A DNA stretch of 32,000 nt from Phycisphaera mikurensis NBRC 102666. Lineage in GTDB: Bacteria; Planctomycetota; Phycisphaerae; Phycisphaerales; Phycisphaeraceae. Of this stretch, positions 1 through 8,607 are shown piece after piece; position 1 is the first letter of the stretch, and each line of letters begins with the position of its first letter. The notes below the pieces were generated by a model. The model was not told the origin of the DNA, did no database searches, and worked only from the letters and a program-made list of their open reading frames with translations. The position numbers and the translations under genes were made by a program. The stretch covers positions 2,220,001 to 2,252,000 of the forward strand of contig NC_017080.1 in the NCBI RefSeq assembly GCF_000284115.1, in the 5' to 3' direction.

Positions 1-918
1 GCGTCGCTCGCCCTCCTGCCCGACGATCTCCGCGCGACCGAGGCGCTGGCCGGGCTGCTCGACGACGCCGACGACGGCGTCCGCATCGCCGCTTACGAGG
101 CGGTCGCCGGCGGCAGCGCGCTGGTCGAGCGGACCGCCGTGGAGAATCTCGACGGCGTGAAGTTCCTCATCGACCGGGTACCGGCGGAGCGGCCGCTGGT
201 GCTGGCGATCCCGCGGGGCGTCCCGCGGCTGGTGATCTTCGGGCCGCAGACCGGCTTCACGCCTCCGGTGTTCGACGCGGACCCCGCCGGGGCCCTGCTC
301 ATCCGGACGCCGACCTCTTTCGCGCAGGCGATGTCGGGGCTGCGCGACGGCGACACCGCCTTCCTGCCCGCCGTGGGCCGGACGCAGGTGCGCGACGGCG
401 CGGAGGGCCCCGTGGCCGAGGCGCTCGACGCGGAAGGCGCCATCCTCAGCGTCGAGCTGGGCGGGGCCGCCGAGGCGTTCGCGTCTGCGCTCCCGCTGGG
501 CGGGAGCGCGGGCGGCGTGCCGGCGACGCTGCGCTGCCGGGTGGAGGATGCGGGGCGCGGCACCGTGTCGCTGCTGGGCCTCGAGCCGGGGCTGGGCAGC
601 ATGCCGCTGTCGATCTTCTACCGCGGCCCCGGGGGCGAGGGCGCGACCACCGAGCGGGTCGCGCCGACGGTCGCGGCGTTGGCCTTCTTCCTCGCCCACC
701 GGCCCACGATGGGCACGCCGCAGGAGGGGCTGGACCTCTCCTACGGCCGCACCGTCTCGGTGCTCGAGCGCCTCGCGCGCGGCGGTTCGATGCCCAGCCC
801 CATGAGGCTCCTCGACAACCCGCTCGCGGCCCGGGTGGCCGAGGCCGAGGCGGCCGAAGAGGCGAGCCGGGCCGGTCGCCAGCTCAGCGGCGCGACGCTG
901 CCCGCTGATGGTTCCTAG
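1..918 (+). CDS. Hypothetical protein, 5'-truncated by the window edge, with a HEAT-like repeat near the start
   Basis: Frame 1 is open from base 1 and continues into tracked ORF 139..918, so the GTG at 139 is probably internal. Third codon positions are almost all G/C, as in the homology-supported genes. 'LLDDADDGVRIAAYEAV' looks like a HEAT-type repeat; I recognise no family for the rest. Stop TAG at 916-918. Confidence 0.55.
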   Translation, partial: ASLALLPDDLRATEALAGLLDDADDGVRIAAYEAVAGGSALVERTAVENLDGVKFLIDRVPAERPLVLAIPRGVPRLVIFGPQTGFTPPVFDADPAGALLIRTPTSFAQAMSGLRDGDTAFLPAVGRTQVRDGAEGPVAEALDAEGAILSVELGGAAEAFASALPLGGSAGGVPATLRCRVEDAGRGTVSLLGLEPGLGSMPLSIFYRGPGGEGATTERVAPTVAALAFFLAHRPTMGTPQEGLDLSYGRTVSVLERLARGGSMPSPMRLLDNPLAARVAEAEAAEEASRAGRQLSGATLPADGS

Positions 919-950
919 CGCGTCGCGCCCGATCACCGGGCCACCGCCCG

Positions 951-996
951 CCGCGGACCGCGGGCCCGCGGACGCCAGAACGCCCGCGGTCCGCGG
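951..996. terminator. Candidate bidirectional terminator or REP-like hairpin between convergent genes
   Basis: Perfect 14-bp inverted repeat: ccgcggaccgcggg (951-964) and cccgcggtccgcgg (983-996), with an 18-nt loop. It lies between the stop at 918 (+) and the sppA stop at 1056 (-). There is no U-tract. Confidence 0.4.
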
Positions 997-1055
997 GTCG
1001 GCGGTGCCGCCTCGCCGCGGCGCCGCCTCGCCGCGTCCGGCGGCGCCCGCGGGCG

Positions 1056-2177
1056 TCAGCGCATGCGGTACGCGATCCGGAGGCGTCCGACCGATTCGAT
1101 CAGGCGGCGGAGGTCGGCCGCGGCGACGCGGCCCGAGGAGAAGTCCGCCGACGCCTCCGCGAAGGGGTCGCCGGTGCGAGCCCCCAGCAGGCCGAGCAGG
1201 CCGCCGCCGCCGCGCTCGAGGATCGTGACACGGGCCTCCTCGGCGTCGGCGACGCCCAGCGTGGTCGACACCGACGCGATCGCGTCCTCCAGGTACCCCA
1301 CCTCGTCGACGAGCCCGTTCTCCACCGCCGCCGCCGAGGTGAAGACCGAGCCGTCCGCCACGCCGCCGACGCTGTCCTCGTCGAGCGCCGGCCGCCCCGC
1401 CACGACCACCGAGGCGAAGCGCTCGTACGCGTCGTCGATGAGCGTCGCGACGACCGCCCGGTCGGCCTCGGTCCAGTCGCGGTACAGGTTGTTGGCGTTG
1501 TCCTTGCGGGGGCTGCCGTCGGCGACCAGCGTGACCCAGTCGACGCCGAGCTTGTCCATGGCGCCCGCGAGCGTCGGCACCTGGGCGATCACGCCGATGG
1601 AGCCGGTGAAGCCGGTGGGCTCGATGAAGATGCGGTCGGTGCCGGCCGCCACGTAGTAGCCGCCGGAGGCCGCGACGCCGCCGAAGCTGGCGACGACGGG
1701 CAGGTCGGGGTGGCGCTCCTGGAAGCGCTCGAGCTCGTGCCAGATCCGGTCCGACGCGGTCACGCCGCCGCCGCCGGACTCCACCCGCAGGATCAGCGCG
1801 TCGGGGAGGCGGCCGGGCTTCTCGAGGCTGCGCAGCGCCTCGCCGCAGAACCAGGCCATCTCCTCGTCGATGACGCCGACCACCGGCAGCACGGCGACGT
1901 GCTTGGGGTCGATGCCGACCCCCTCCCGCAGCACCGTCTCCGCCGGGCCGGCGGTCATCGCGTAGACCAGCGCTCCCAGGTACAGGTTCAGGAGCAGCGA
2001 GAACAGCAGCAAGGCGACGGCGAGGGAGCTGAGCACCTTGCCGATCCAGCCGCCGCGTCTGGCGGCGGGGGCGGCGAAGGCCCACGGCGGCGCGAAGCCC
2101 GGAGGCGGCGGCGGGAACGGGTGGGCGGCCGCGGGGTCGACGGGCGGCCGCGGCGCGGGCGGGGTAGAGTCGGGCAT
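1056..2177 (-). CDS. sppA: Signal peptide peptidase SppA (36K type, S49 family)
   Basis: Lower-coordinate part of ORF 1056..2717(-). There is an N-terminal TM helix (VLSSLAVALLLFSLLLNLYLGALVY) and S49 hallmarks 'LRVESGGGGVTAS' and 'FGGVAASGGYYVA'. ATG chosen at 2177-2175 (MPDSTPPAP...), in frame. The part of the ORF upstream of it is Ser/Arg-rich junk. Confidence 0.85.
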   Translation of the reverse strand: MPDSTPPAPRPPVDPAAAHPFPPPPPGFAPPWAFAAPAARRGGWIGKVLSSLAVALLLFSLLLNLYLGALVYAMTAGPAETVLREGVGIDPKHVAVLPVVGVIDEEMAWFCGEALRSLEKPGRLPDALILRVESGGGGVTASDRIWHELERFQERHPDLPVVASFGGVAASGGYYVAAGTDRIFIEPTGFTGSIGVIAQVPTLAGAMDKLGVDWVTLVADGSPRKDNANNLYRDWTEADRAVVATLIDDAYERFASVVVAGRPALDEDSVGGVADGSVFTSAAAVENGLVDEVGYLEDAIASVSTTLGVADAEEARVTILERGGGGLLGLLGARTGDPFAEASADFSSGRVAAADLRRLIESVGRLRIAYRMR

Positions 2178-2262
2178 GGCGCAGGAGGAGCGGGCGGGGC
2201 CACCGGCGCGTCGCGGCCGGTGGGCGTCGAGCGTATGGGAGCCGGACGCGTACGCTCGGCGG

Positions 2263-3153
2263 ATGCCGCCGACGCACCTCCACTTCGACCCCTTCAGCGG
2301 CGTCTCCGGCGACATGATGCTCGGGGCGCTGCTCGACCTCCGCGTCGACGGCAAGCCGCTGCTGGCGGTCAGCGCGCTGGAGGAAGGCCTCCAGAAGCTC
2401 GGCCTCTCCGATCGCTGGACGCTCCGGGTGGGCCGGGTGCAACGCTGCGGCGTCGGCGGCACCGACGTGGGGGTGGTGACGCCCGAGGGCCACCACCACC
2501 GGCATCGGGCCGACCTCCTGGAGCTGGCGGAGCGGCTGGATCTCTCCGCCCGCGGCCACGCCCGGGCCGTCGCGGCGATCGACGCGCTGGCCGCGGCCGA
2601 GGCGCGGGTGCACGGCACGTCGATCGACGCCGTGCACTTCCACGAGGTCGGCGCGATCGACTCCATCGTCGACCTGCTCGGCAACGTGCTCGCGCTGGAG
2701 CTGCTCGGCGTCGACACGCTGTCGTGCGGGCCGCTGCCCGTCGGCCGCGGCTACGTGGACTGCGCCCACGGCCGCATGCCGGTGCCGGCGCCCGCGACCG
2801 CGTACCTCTGCGAGGGCCTGCCGACCGTGGGCGTCGACCGCGAGGGCGAGCTGGTGACCCCGACCGGGGCGGCGCTGGTGTCCACGCTGTGCGACGCCTT
2901 CGGCCCGCCGCCGGCGATGACGGCGGCGGCGACCGGCTACGGAGCCGGGGACCGCGACGACCCGCGGGTGCCCAACCTGCTGCGGGTGGTGCTGGGCTCG
3001 GTGGGCGCGGCGGGGGCCGGTCACCGCCACCGGCCGGGCCAGGCGGGAGCCCGGAGCCACGGCCGCGGCCACGCGGAGGCCGGCAGCCACGGGCATCCGC
3101 ACACGCACGGGCACGCCCCGCCGGCGGAAGCCGCCCCCGGTGCCGGGGGCTGA
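2263..3153 (+). CDS. larC: LarC-like (DUF111) nickel-insertion protein: N-terminal domain only, with a His-rich tail
   Basis: ATG at 2263 gives 'MPPTHLHFDPFSGVSGDMMLGALLDL...'. It carries 'HHHRH', 'VHFHEVGAIDSIVDLLG', 'MPVPAPAT', 'ELVTPTGAAL', 'GYGAGDRD' and 'PNLLRVVLG', all typical of the LarC N-terminal domain. It ends in HRHRPGQAGARSHGRGHAEAGSHGHPHTHGH followed by TGA at 3151-3153. Confidence 0.75.
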   Translation: MPPTHLHFDPFSGVSGDMMLGALLDLRVDGKPLLAVSALEEGLQKLGLSDRWTLRVGRVQRCGVGGTDVGVVTPEGHHHRHRADLLELAERLDLSARGHARAVAAIDALAAAEARVHGTSIDAVHFHEVGAIDSIVDLLGNVLALELLGVDTLSCGPLPVGRGYVDCAHGRMPVPAPATAYLCEGLPTVGVDREGELVTPTGAALVSTLCDAFGPPPAMTAAATGYGAGDRDDPRVPNLLRVVLGSVGAAGAGHRHRPGQAGARSHGRGHAEAGSHGHPHTHGHAPPAEAAPGAGG

Positions 3154-3155
3154 GC

Positions 3156-4598
3156 TTGGCCGTGCTCCTGCTGGGCGCGGTGCTGCTGCTGGCCCTCACG
3201 ACCGACTTCGGCGTCCACGCGCAGCTCGCCGCCGCGGGCTGGGTGCCCGCGGACCCGCTGCCCGCCGGCCCGCTCGTGCTCGGGCTCTGCCTCGGCGCCG
3301 TCGTCGTGCCGCACGCGCTCGCCGGCACGCTGGCGGCGCGTCGGCTGGGCACGGCCGCGGGTGCCGGCCGCCGGTGGCTGGCCCTCCACGAGCGCCTCGC
3401 GGCCGCCGCGCCGCCGCTGCTCCTGCTGGGCTTCGCCGCGGGCCTCGCCTGCGGCTGGGCCGAGGCCGTGCGTGCGTGGATCGGCGACCCGTGGATCTTT
3501 GACGACGCCATCCTCCTGGCGCCGCCGCTCGCCGCGACCGCGCTGATGGACGCCGCGGCGTGGCCGCTGGTCCGGCGGTTCCGCGAGGCGACGCTGCTCG
3601 GTCGGGCCGACGCCGGGCTGCCGATCCACCCCGTGCCCGGCCGGTGGGCCTACGTGGGGTCGCGCTTCCGCGGGGGCGTCGGGATCCTCGGCGTGCCGCT
3701 CGCGCTGGTGCTGGGCTGGAACCAGGCGCTCGAGGCCGCGCTCGCGGCGGCGCCGGACGGCAGCCCGCTCCCGCCTCCGGGCTCGTCGCCCGCTTTGCTG
3801 CTGGCCGCCGCCGGCTCGCTGCTCGCCGTGGCGCTGTGCCCGCCGCTGCTGGTGCGCGTGGTCCCGACGATGCCGCTGCCCATCGGCCCGCTGCGGGACG
3901 AGCTGCTGGCCTTCCTCGCGGCGGAGAAGGTCCGAGCGCGCAGGCTGCGGGTCTGGCTGACCGGCTCCGCCGTCGCCAACGCCGCGCTGGTCGGCCCGCT
4001 CCCGTGCCTCCGCTACCTGATGCTCAGCGACCGGCTCCTGGAGAGCCTCCCGCGGGAGGAGCTGCTCGGCGTGCTCGCCCACGAGACCGGGCACGCCCGC
4101 CACCGCCACCTGCTCTGGCTCGGTGGCTGGGCGATCGCGTCCGCCGTTCTGCTCGCGCTGACGCTCGATGCCGCGGTCCCGCGGCTCCCGGTCGCCGCCG
4201 AGTGGCCGCTGGTCGGCCTCGCGGTGGCGGCCTGGGCGGCCGCCTTCGGCTGGGTCTCCCGGCGCGTGGAGGCGCAAGCCGACGCCCACGCCGCGGCGGC
4301 GATGAGCGACCACCTCGGCCCGGCGACGCCCGACGCCGCGGCGTTCACCCCCGCCGGCGTCGCCGCGATCGCCGACGCGCTCGCCCGCGTCGCCCGCCTC
4401 GCCGGCTCGTCGCAGCGCCGCCGCAGCTTCCGCCACGGATCGATCGCCTCGCGTCGGGCCGCCCTCCTCCGCCTGCTGCACCGGCCGGACGAGCCCGCCG
4501 CCGCCGATCGCGCGATGACCGTCGTGAAGCTCGGGGCCGTCGCCTGCGTGCTGCTGAGCATCGGCCTGGGGCTTCTCGCCAGAGGCCCCTGGATCTGA
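3156..4598 (+). CDS. M48-family (HtpX/Ste24-like) membrane zinc metallopeptidase
   Basis: C-terminal part of ORF 1710..4598(+). It has multiple hydrophobic helices, an HEXXH motif 'LAHETGHARHRH' and a downstream 'SRRVEAQADAHA' (ExxAD). There is no ATG near the first TM helix. Candidate starts are TTG 3156 or GTG 3162, just after the larC stop, so the start is uncertain. Confidence 0.7.
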   Translation: MAVLLLGAVLLLALTTDFGVHAQLAAAGWVPADPLPAGPLVLGLCLGAVVVPHALAGTLAARRLGTAAGAGRRWLALHERLAAAAPPLLLLGFAAGLACGWAEAVRAWIGDPWIFDDAILLAPPLAATALMDAAAWPLVRRFREATLLGRADAGLPIHPVPGRWAYVGSRFRGGVGILGVPLALVLGWNQALEAALAAAPDGSPLPPPGSSPALLLAAAGSLLAVALCPPLLVRVVPTMPLPIGPLRDELLAFLAAEKVRARRLRVWLTGSAVANAALVGPLPCLRYLMLSDRLLESLPREELLGVLAHETGHARHRHLLWLGGWAIASAVLLALTLDAAVPRLPVAAEWPLVGLAVAAWAAAFGWVSRRVEAQADAHAAAAMSDHLGPATPDAAAFTPAGVAAIADALARVARLAGSSQRRRSFRHGSIASRRAALLRLLHRPDEPAAADRAMTVVKLGAVACVLLSIGLGLLARGPWI

Positions 4599-4682
4599 GG
4601 GAAGCCGAAGGCAGGCCGAGCCCCGGCAAGCCGTGGCCCCGGGGCCTGCCGCGCGATGGCCCGGGGGCACGCCGGGGCGGAA

Positions 4683-4730
4683 GCCGCGGACCGCGGGCGA
4701 TCCGGCGCGAAGGCGGCCGCGGTCCGCGGC
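4683..4730. terminator. Candidate bidirectional terminator or REP-like hairpin between convergent genes
   Basis: Perfect 14-bp inverted repeat: gccgcggaccgcgg (4683-4696) and ccgcggtccgcggc (4717-4730), with a 20-nt loop. It lies between the M48 stop (4598, +) and the thiE stop (4736, -). A second GC hairpin lies just upstream: ggcaggcc...ggcctgcc at about 4610-4650. Confidence 0.45.
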
Positions 4731-4735
4731 GCGGC

Positions 4736-5809
4736 CTACGCGGCCAGCGCCTCCAGCAGCCCGTGCACCGCCGCCGCCGGGTCCGCCGCCCCCGTCACCG
4801 AGGCCGCGACCGCCACGCCGCGGACGCCGGCGGCCGCGAGGCCGCCGGCGTTGGCCGGCGTGATGCCGCCGATCGCCAGGTGCGGCAGCCCGGGGTGCCG
4901 CCGGAGCGCCGCCTCCGCGTACGCCACCCCCGCGACCGCCTTGCCCGGCTTGGTTGCCGTGGGGAACATCGGCCCGAGCCCCACCGTGTCCGCCCCGTCC
5001 GCGACCGCGGCCGCCAGCTCGCAGAGACTGGTCGTGCTCACCCCCACGAGGGCCGCGGGCCCGAGCACGCGCCGCGCGTCCGCCACGCCCACGTCGTCCT
5101 GCCCCAGGTGGACCCCATCGGCGCCCGACAGCAGCGCCAGGTCCGGGCGGTCGTTCACGACGACCGCCGCCCGCCGCTCCACCCGGCGCACGACCTCCCG
5201 CGCGTGCGCGAGCAGCGGGCCGCTTGGCGTCTGCTTCTCCCGCACCTGGATCGCGTCCGCTCCCGCGTCGAGCACCGCGGCGAGCAGACGCTCCCAGGGC
5301 AGCCGGCACGCCGCCCGGTCGAGCAGGACGCAGACCCGCCAGGGATGCGCTTGCAGCTGCGCCCGCCGGTCCTTCGCCTGAGCCGCCACCCTCAGCCGGG
5401 TTGCCAGCTCCGCCGCGACGGCGTAGCCGCGGTAGCGGATCGCCTCGATGGCCGCGGCGTCCACGCCCGGCACCGCCTTCCCGTACTCCTCCAGCGCCCG
5501 CAGCGCCTCGGAGGCGCGGCCGCCCGCCGCGGCCACCACCGCCACGACCGTGTCCCGCTCGCCCTCGGCCGGCGTCGTCAGCGTCCGGCCCACGTCGCCG
5601 CCGACGTCGCGGCCCGCGGCGAGGTCGCCCGCGCCCGCCAGCGCCGCGCGCAGCGCGTGACGATCGCTCTTGAGCGTGCCGGCGAGGCGTGAGTCGTCCA
5701 GCAGGAAGCGGGCCGCTTCCTCCATCACCCGCAGCGCCTCCCGCGCCCGGTTGGCGTTCGCATCGAGGATGCGCAGCGGCCCCCGGTCCTCCCGGTGGGG
5801 CACGCTCAA
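4736..5809 (-). CDS. thiE: Thiamine-phosphate synthase ThiE, long form with an N-terminal extension domain
   Basis: The C-terminal half has ThiE motifs: 'IQVREK', 'VVVNDRPDLAL', 'GVHLGQDD', 'VGLGPMFPTATK', 'AIGGI'. The N-terminal ~150 aa ('RILDANANRAREALRVMEEAARF...ALRALEEYGK') match the extension seen in cyanobacterial-type ThiE. There is no ATG. TTG at 5809 overlaps the upstream stop as TTGA; GTG at 5803 is the alternative. Confidence 0.85.
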   Translation of the reverse strand: MSVPHREDRGPLRILDANANRAREALRVMEEAARFLLDDSRLAGTLKSDRHALRAALAGAGDLAAGRDVGGDVGRTLTTPAEGERDTVVAVVAAAGGRASEALRALEEYGKAVPGVDAAAIEAIRYRGYAVAAELATRLRVAAQAKDRRAQLQAHPWRVCVLLDRAACRLPWERLLAAVLDAGADAIQVREKQTPSGPLLAHAREVVRRVERRAAVVVNDRPDLALLSGADGVHLGQDDVGVADARRVLGPAALVGVSTTSLCELAAAVADGADTVGLGPMFPTATKPGKAVAGVAYAEAALRRHPGLPHLAIGGITPANAGGLAAAGVRGVAVAASVTGAADPAAAVHGLLEALAA

Positions 5810-7170
5810 GCCGGCACCCCCATCGTGAGGGCGGTGCCGCCGCTGGCACCCGCCGCCGAGAGGCCCATGAGCACCAGCCACGCCCAGGCCGCGAACGCCG
5901 CCGCCGCCCAGACCGGCCGGTCCCCCCAGGCGGGAACGGCCGACGCGCAGGCGAGCACGCCCGCCAGCACCGCCAGGGCGATCGCCCCCGCCAGCGGGGT
6001 CCCCGCGGCCTCGGCGAGCGGTGGCATCCACGCCGTCGCGGCCGGCAACTCCGCCAGCTGCGCCGTCCAGCCCAGCAGCACCGAGGCGAGCAGCAGCCCC
6101 ACGGCCGAGGCGATCGACACGCCCCGCCAAAGCCACATCCGCCTGCCGGTCTCCGCCGCCTCCGCCATCGCCGAGAGCGCCTGGCCGACCGCCACCGAGC
6201 AGGCCGCCGCGGCGAACAGCGTCGCCCCGGGCCCCGCCCAGCCGCCCGCCAGCGGCAGGCAGGCCGCAAGGGCAACCAGCGCCAGGGCCCAGCCGTGGAT
6301 CAGCCGCCCCGCCGTGCCCTGCCGCTTCACCTGCCCGGTGAAGGGCAACACCGCGGCGCAGGCGACCAGCGGCAGCCACGGCCCCAGGGCGCGGCCGAGG
6401 TCCACCGCGACGCCGGAGAAGCCGCCCGTGCCGCCGGTGGGGGCCGCGGGGAAGAGGCTGGCCACCACGGCCGCGCCCGGCGACGCGGGCAGCAGCCAGG
6501 GGATCACCAGCAGGACGGCCAGGCACGCCGCCGCGAGCAGCCCCGCCGCGTCGCCCAGCCGCCGCGGCGACAGCACGACGAGCACGACCACGGCCGCCGC
6601 GGGCGGCAGCGCCGCGGCCGCGCCCCCCGCCAGCGCCGCCACCGCGAGGCCGACGCCCGCCAGCGCCCACCCCGACGCCAGCCGGGCCACCCGCGCCGGC
6701 GGCTTGAACGGGCGGATCGCGGTGAGCGCCCCCGCCACCGCCAGAAGCGAGGCCGCCAGCTGCAGCGTCGCCGGCGTCGCCGCCCGCCCCCAGGCCCAGA
6801 GCGCCGGGCTGCCCAGCAGCGTCGCGCCCGCCAGCAGGCCCGCCCGCGTGCCGCCGAGCTGCGAACCCGCGCGGCACGCCGCCGCCACCGACAGCGCCAC
6901 CATCAACGCCGACAGCAGCCGCGGCCCCAAAGCCGGCGGAGCCGCCGCTTCCTCGCTCTTGGGCCACCACGCCGCCGCCGGTGGCACCTCCGCGACCGGC
7001 CGCTGCCGCGTCGGGCGGTCCGCCCGCTCCGTCGCCAGCGTCGCGGCCTCCAGGGGCCCGACGCCCGCGTGGCCGGGCACCGCCGCACCGGGGGCGCGTC
7101 GGCCCAGGTGCGGCAGCAGCGGGAGCACCGCCAGCAGCGCCAGCACCGCCACGAGGACCCCGCTGCGCAA
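5806..7170 (-). CDS. Polytopic membrane protein, possibly a GT-C fold glycosyltransferase (ArnT/PMT-like)
   Basis: Lowest-coordinate part of the 1570-aa ORF 5806..10518(-). It is an Ala/Leu/Gly/Trp-rich multi-helix protein whose overall pattern resembles family 39/83 glycosyltransferases. This is a weak call made by eye. Start assigned to TTG 7170 (MRSGVLVAVLALLAVLPLL...). An internal ATG at 6903 is the alternative. Confidence 0.5.
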   Translation of the reverse strand: MRSGVLVAVLALLAVLPLLPHLGRRAPGAAVPGHAGVGPLEAATLATERADRPTRQRPVAEVPPAAAWWPKSEEAAAPPALGPRLLSALMVALSVAAACRAGSQLGGTRAGLLAGATLLGSPALWAWGRAATPATLQLAASLLAVAGALTAIRPFKPPARVARLASGWALAGVGLAVAALAGGAAAALPPAAAVVVLVVLSPRRLGDAAGLLAAACLAVLLVIPWLLPASPGAAVVASLFPAAPTGGTGGFSGVAVDLGRALGPWLPLVACAAVLPFTGQVKRQGTAGRLIHGWALALVALAACLPLAGGWAGPGATLFAAAACSVAVGQALSAMAEAAETGRRMWLWRGVSIASAVGLLLASVLLGWTAQLAELPAATAWMPPLAEAAGTPLAGAIALAVLAGVLACASAVPAWGDRPVWAAAAFAAWAWLVLMGLSAAGASGGTALTMGVPA

Positions 7171-7284
7171 GCCGACCCGCGGGGCGGGCGGTCGGGGAGC
7201 CGGAGGAGGAGTCGCGGGCACGGGGTCGCGAGGGTAGAGGTCGCGGGAGCGGGCGGCCGCTCCCGCGGCCGCGTAGCCTCGGAC

Positions 7285-8295
7285 ATGCGGATCCTCGTGC
7301 CCGGCGGCGCCGGCTACATCGGCAGCCACGTGGTGCGGGCGCTGCACGACCGCGGCGACACCCCCGTCGTGTTCGACAGCCTCAAGAGCGGCCGCCGGAC
7401 CAACCTGCCCGAAGCCTCGTCGCGGGGCGGCTCGGTCCCGCTCTTCCACGGGGACGTGCGAGATCGGGCCGCGCTCGACGCCGCGTTCGCCGCGGAAGGT
7501 CCTTTCGACGCCGTGGTCCACTTCGCCGCCGAGAAGGCCGCCGGCGCGTCCATGACCGACCCGCAGAGGTTCACCGAGACCAACGTCGTCGGCTCCACCA
7601 ACCTCGTCCACGCGGCGCTGGCGGCAGGCTGCCACCGCCTCGTCTTCTCCTCCACGGCCGCCGTCTACGGAGAGCCGCGGCGCGTGCCCATCGACGAGCG
7701 ACACCCCACCGAACCCGCCAACTGGTACGGCCACACGAAGCTCGCCGTCGAGCGGCTGCTCGGCTGGTACGGCCGGCTCACGCCCTTGAAGTCCGTCGCG
7801 CTCCGCTACTTCAACGCCGCCGGCCTCGACCCCGCCGGCCGCATCCTCCACCAGGAGCCCGCCGCGACGAATCTGATCCCGGTGGTCCTGGAGGTCGCCG
7901 CCGGTCTGCGCGACGGCCCCGTGCGGGTGTTCGGCGACGCCTACGACACGCCCGACGGCACCGGCGTCCGCGACTACGTGCACGTCAGCGATCTCGCCAC
8001 CGCCCACCTCGCCGCCCTGGACGACCTGGCGGCCGACGCATCGACGGCCGGCGCGCACCTCGCCCTGAACCTGGGCACCGGCGACGGCCACAGCGTGCAC
8101 GACGTGCTCGCCGCCGCCCGCCGGATCACCGGCCGCGAGATCCCAAGCGTGGTCGTCCCGCCCCGCCCCGGCGACCCCGCCCGCGTCTACGCGAGCGCCG
8201 AGGCGGCGAGGGAGCGCTGGGGCTGGGCGCCGAGGCACAGCGGGCTCGACGAGCTGATCTCCACCTCCTGGGCGGCCTACGCCCCGCCGGCCTGA
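7285..8295 (+). CDS. galE: UDP-glucose 4-epimerase
   Basis: ATG at 7285 gives 'MRILVPGGAGYIGSHVV' (GxxGxxG Rossmann motif). It also has 'FSSTAAVYG', 'YGHTKL' (YxxxK) and 'RYFNAAG', giving a full-length SDR epimerase. It diverges from the membrane protein across a 114-bp gap. Confidence 0.9.
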   Translation: MRILVPGGAGYIGSHVVRALHDRGDTPVVFDSLKSGRRTNLPEASSRGGSVPLFHGDVRDRAALDAAFAAEGPFDAVVHFAAEKAAGASMTDPQRFTETNVVGSTNLVHAALAAGCHRLVFSSTAAVYGEPRRVPIDERHPTEPANWYGHTKLAVERLLGWYGRLTPLKSVALRYFNAAGLDPAGRILHQEPAATNLIPVVLEVAAGLRDGPVRVFGDAYDTPDGTGVRDYVHVSDLATAHLAALDDLAADASTAGAHLALNLGTGDGHSVHDVLAAARRITGREIPSVVVPPRPGDPARVYASAEAARERWGWAPRHSGLDELISTSWAAYAPPA

Positions 8296-8607
8296 CGCGG
8301 GGCGGCGGGGCGCCCGACCTCCTCGCCGTCCGGCTCGGAGCCGCCGGAGGCTCCGAAGGCACGAGCACGAGCCGGCCGCCCGACGCGGCACGGCCGCCAC
8401 CGCGCCTCGGCCTGCGCCCGCTCGATCAAGCCGCCCCCGCTCGGCGCGGAACCCGCCGCTGCCCGGAACGTGGGGGCGGTGGAGACCCTTCCGCGGGTTC
8501 CGGTGCGGCGGCTTCGCGAGAGGCGAGGCCCCGGCCCGATGTGGGGAAAATACTGAAGGCCCGGACCGGACGTGCCGAAACGAAGAGACCTCGCATCGGA
8601 TCCTCTC

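Noticed and set aside
3154-3600. A frameshifted LarC C-terminal domain (larC2-like) downstream of the short larC
   Set aside because: I found no frame that gives the expected LarC C-terminal motifs. The in-frame sequence there is a run of transmembrane helices belonging to the M48 peptidase gene. A weak 'LAAAG' resemblance has the wrong spacing.
3021-6275. 1084-aa ORF on the minus strand, and similar Arg/Pro/Gly-rich ORFs (2369..3511, 3560..5692, 4954..5673, 6981..8822, among others)
   Set aside because: They have the typical composition of off-frame or antisense reading in GC-rich DNA: runs of R, P, G and A, no domains, and overlap with the homology-supported M48, thiE and galE genes.
8296-8607. 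c-di-GMP or other riboswitch upstream of the REC-GGDEF-EAL gene
   Set aside because: A 10-bp inverted repeat (8447-8456 / 8493-8502), a GGAGCC/GGCTCC hairpin (about 8336-8355) and an AT-richer patch (GAAAATACT, about 8546-8556) are visible. I cannot match any riboswitch consensus by eye. A covariance-model scan would be needed.
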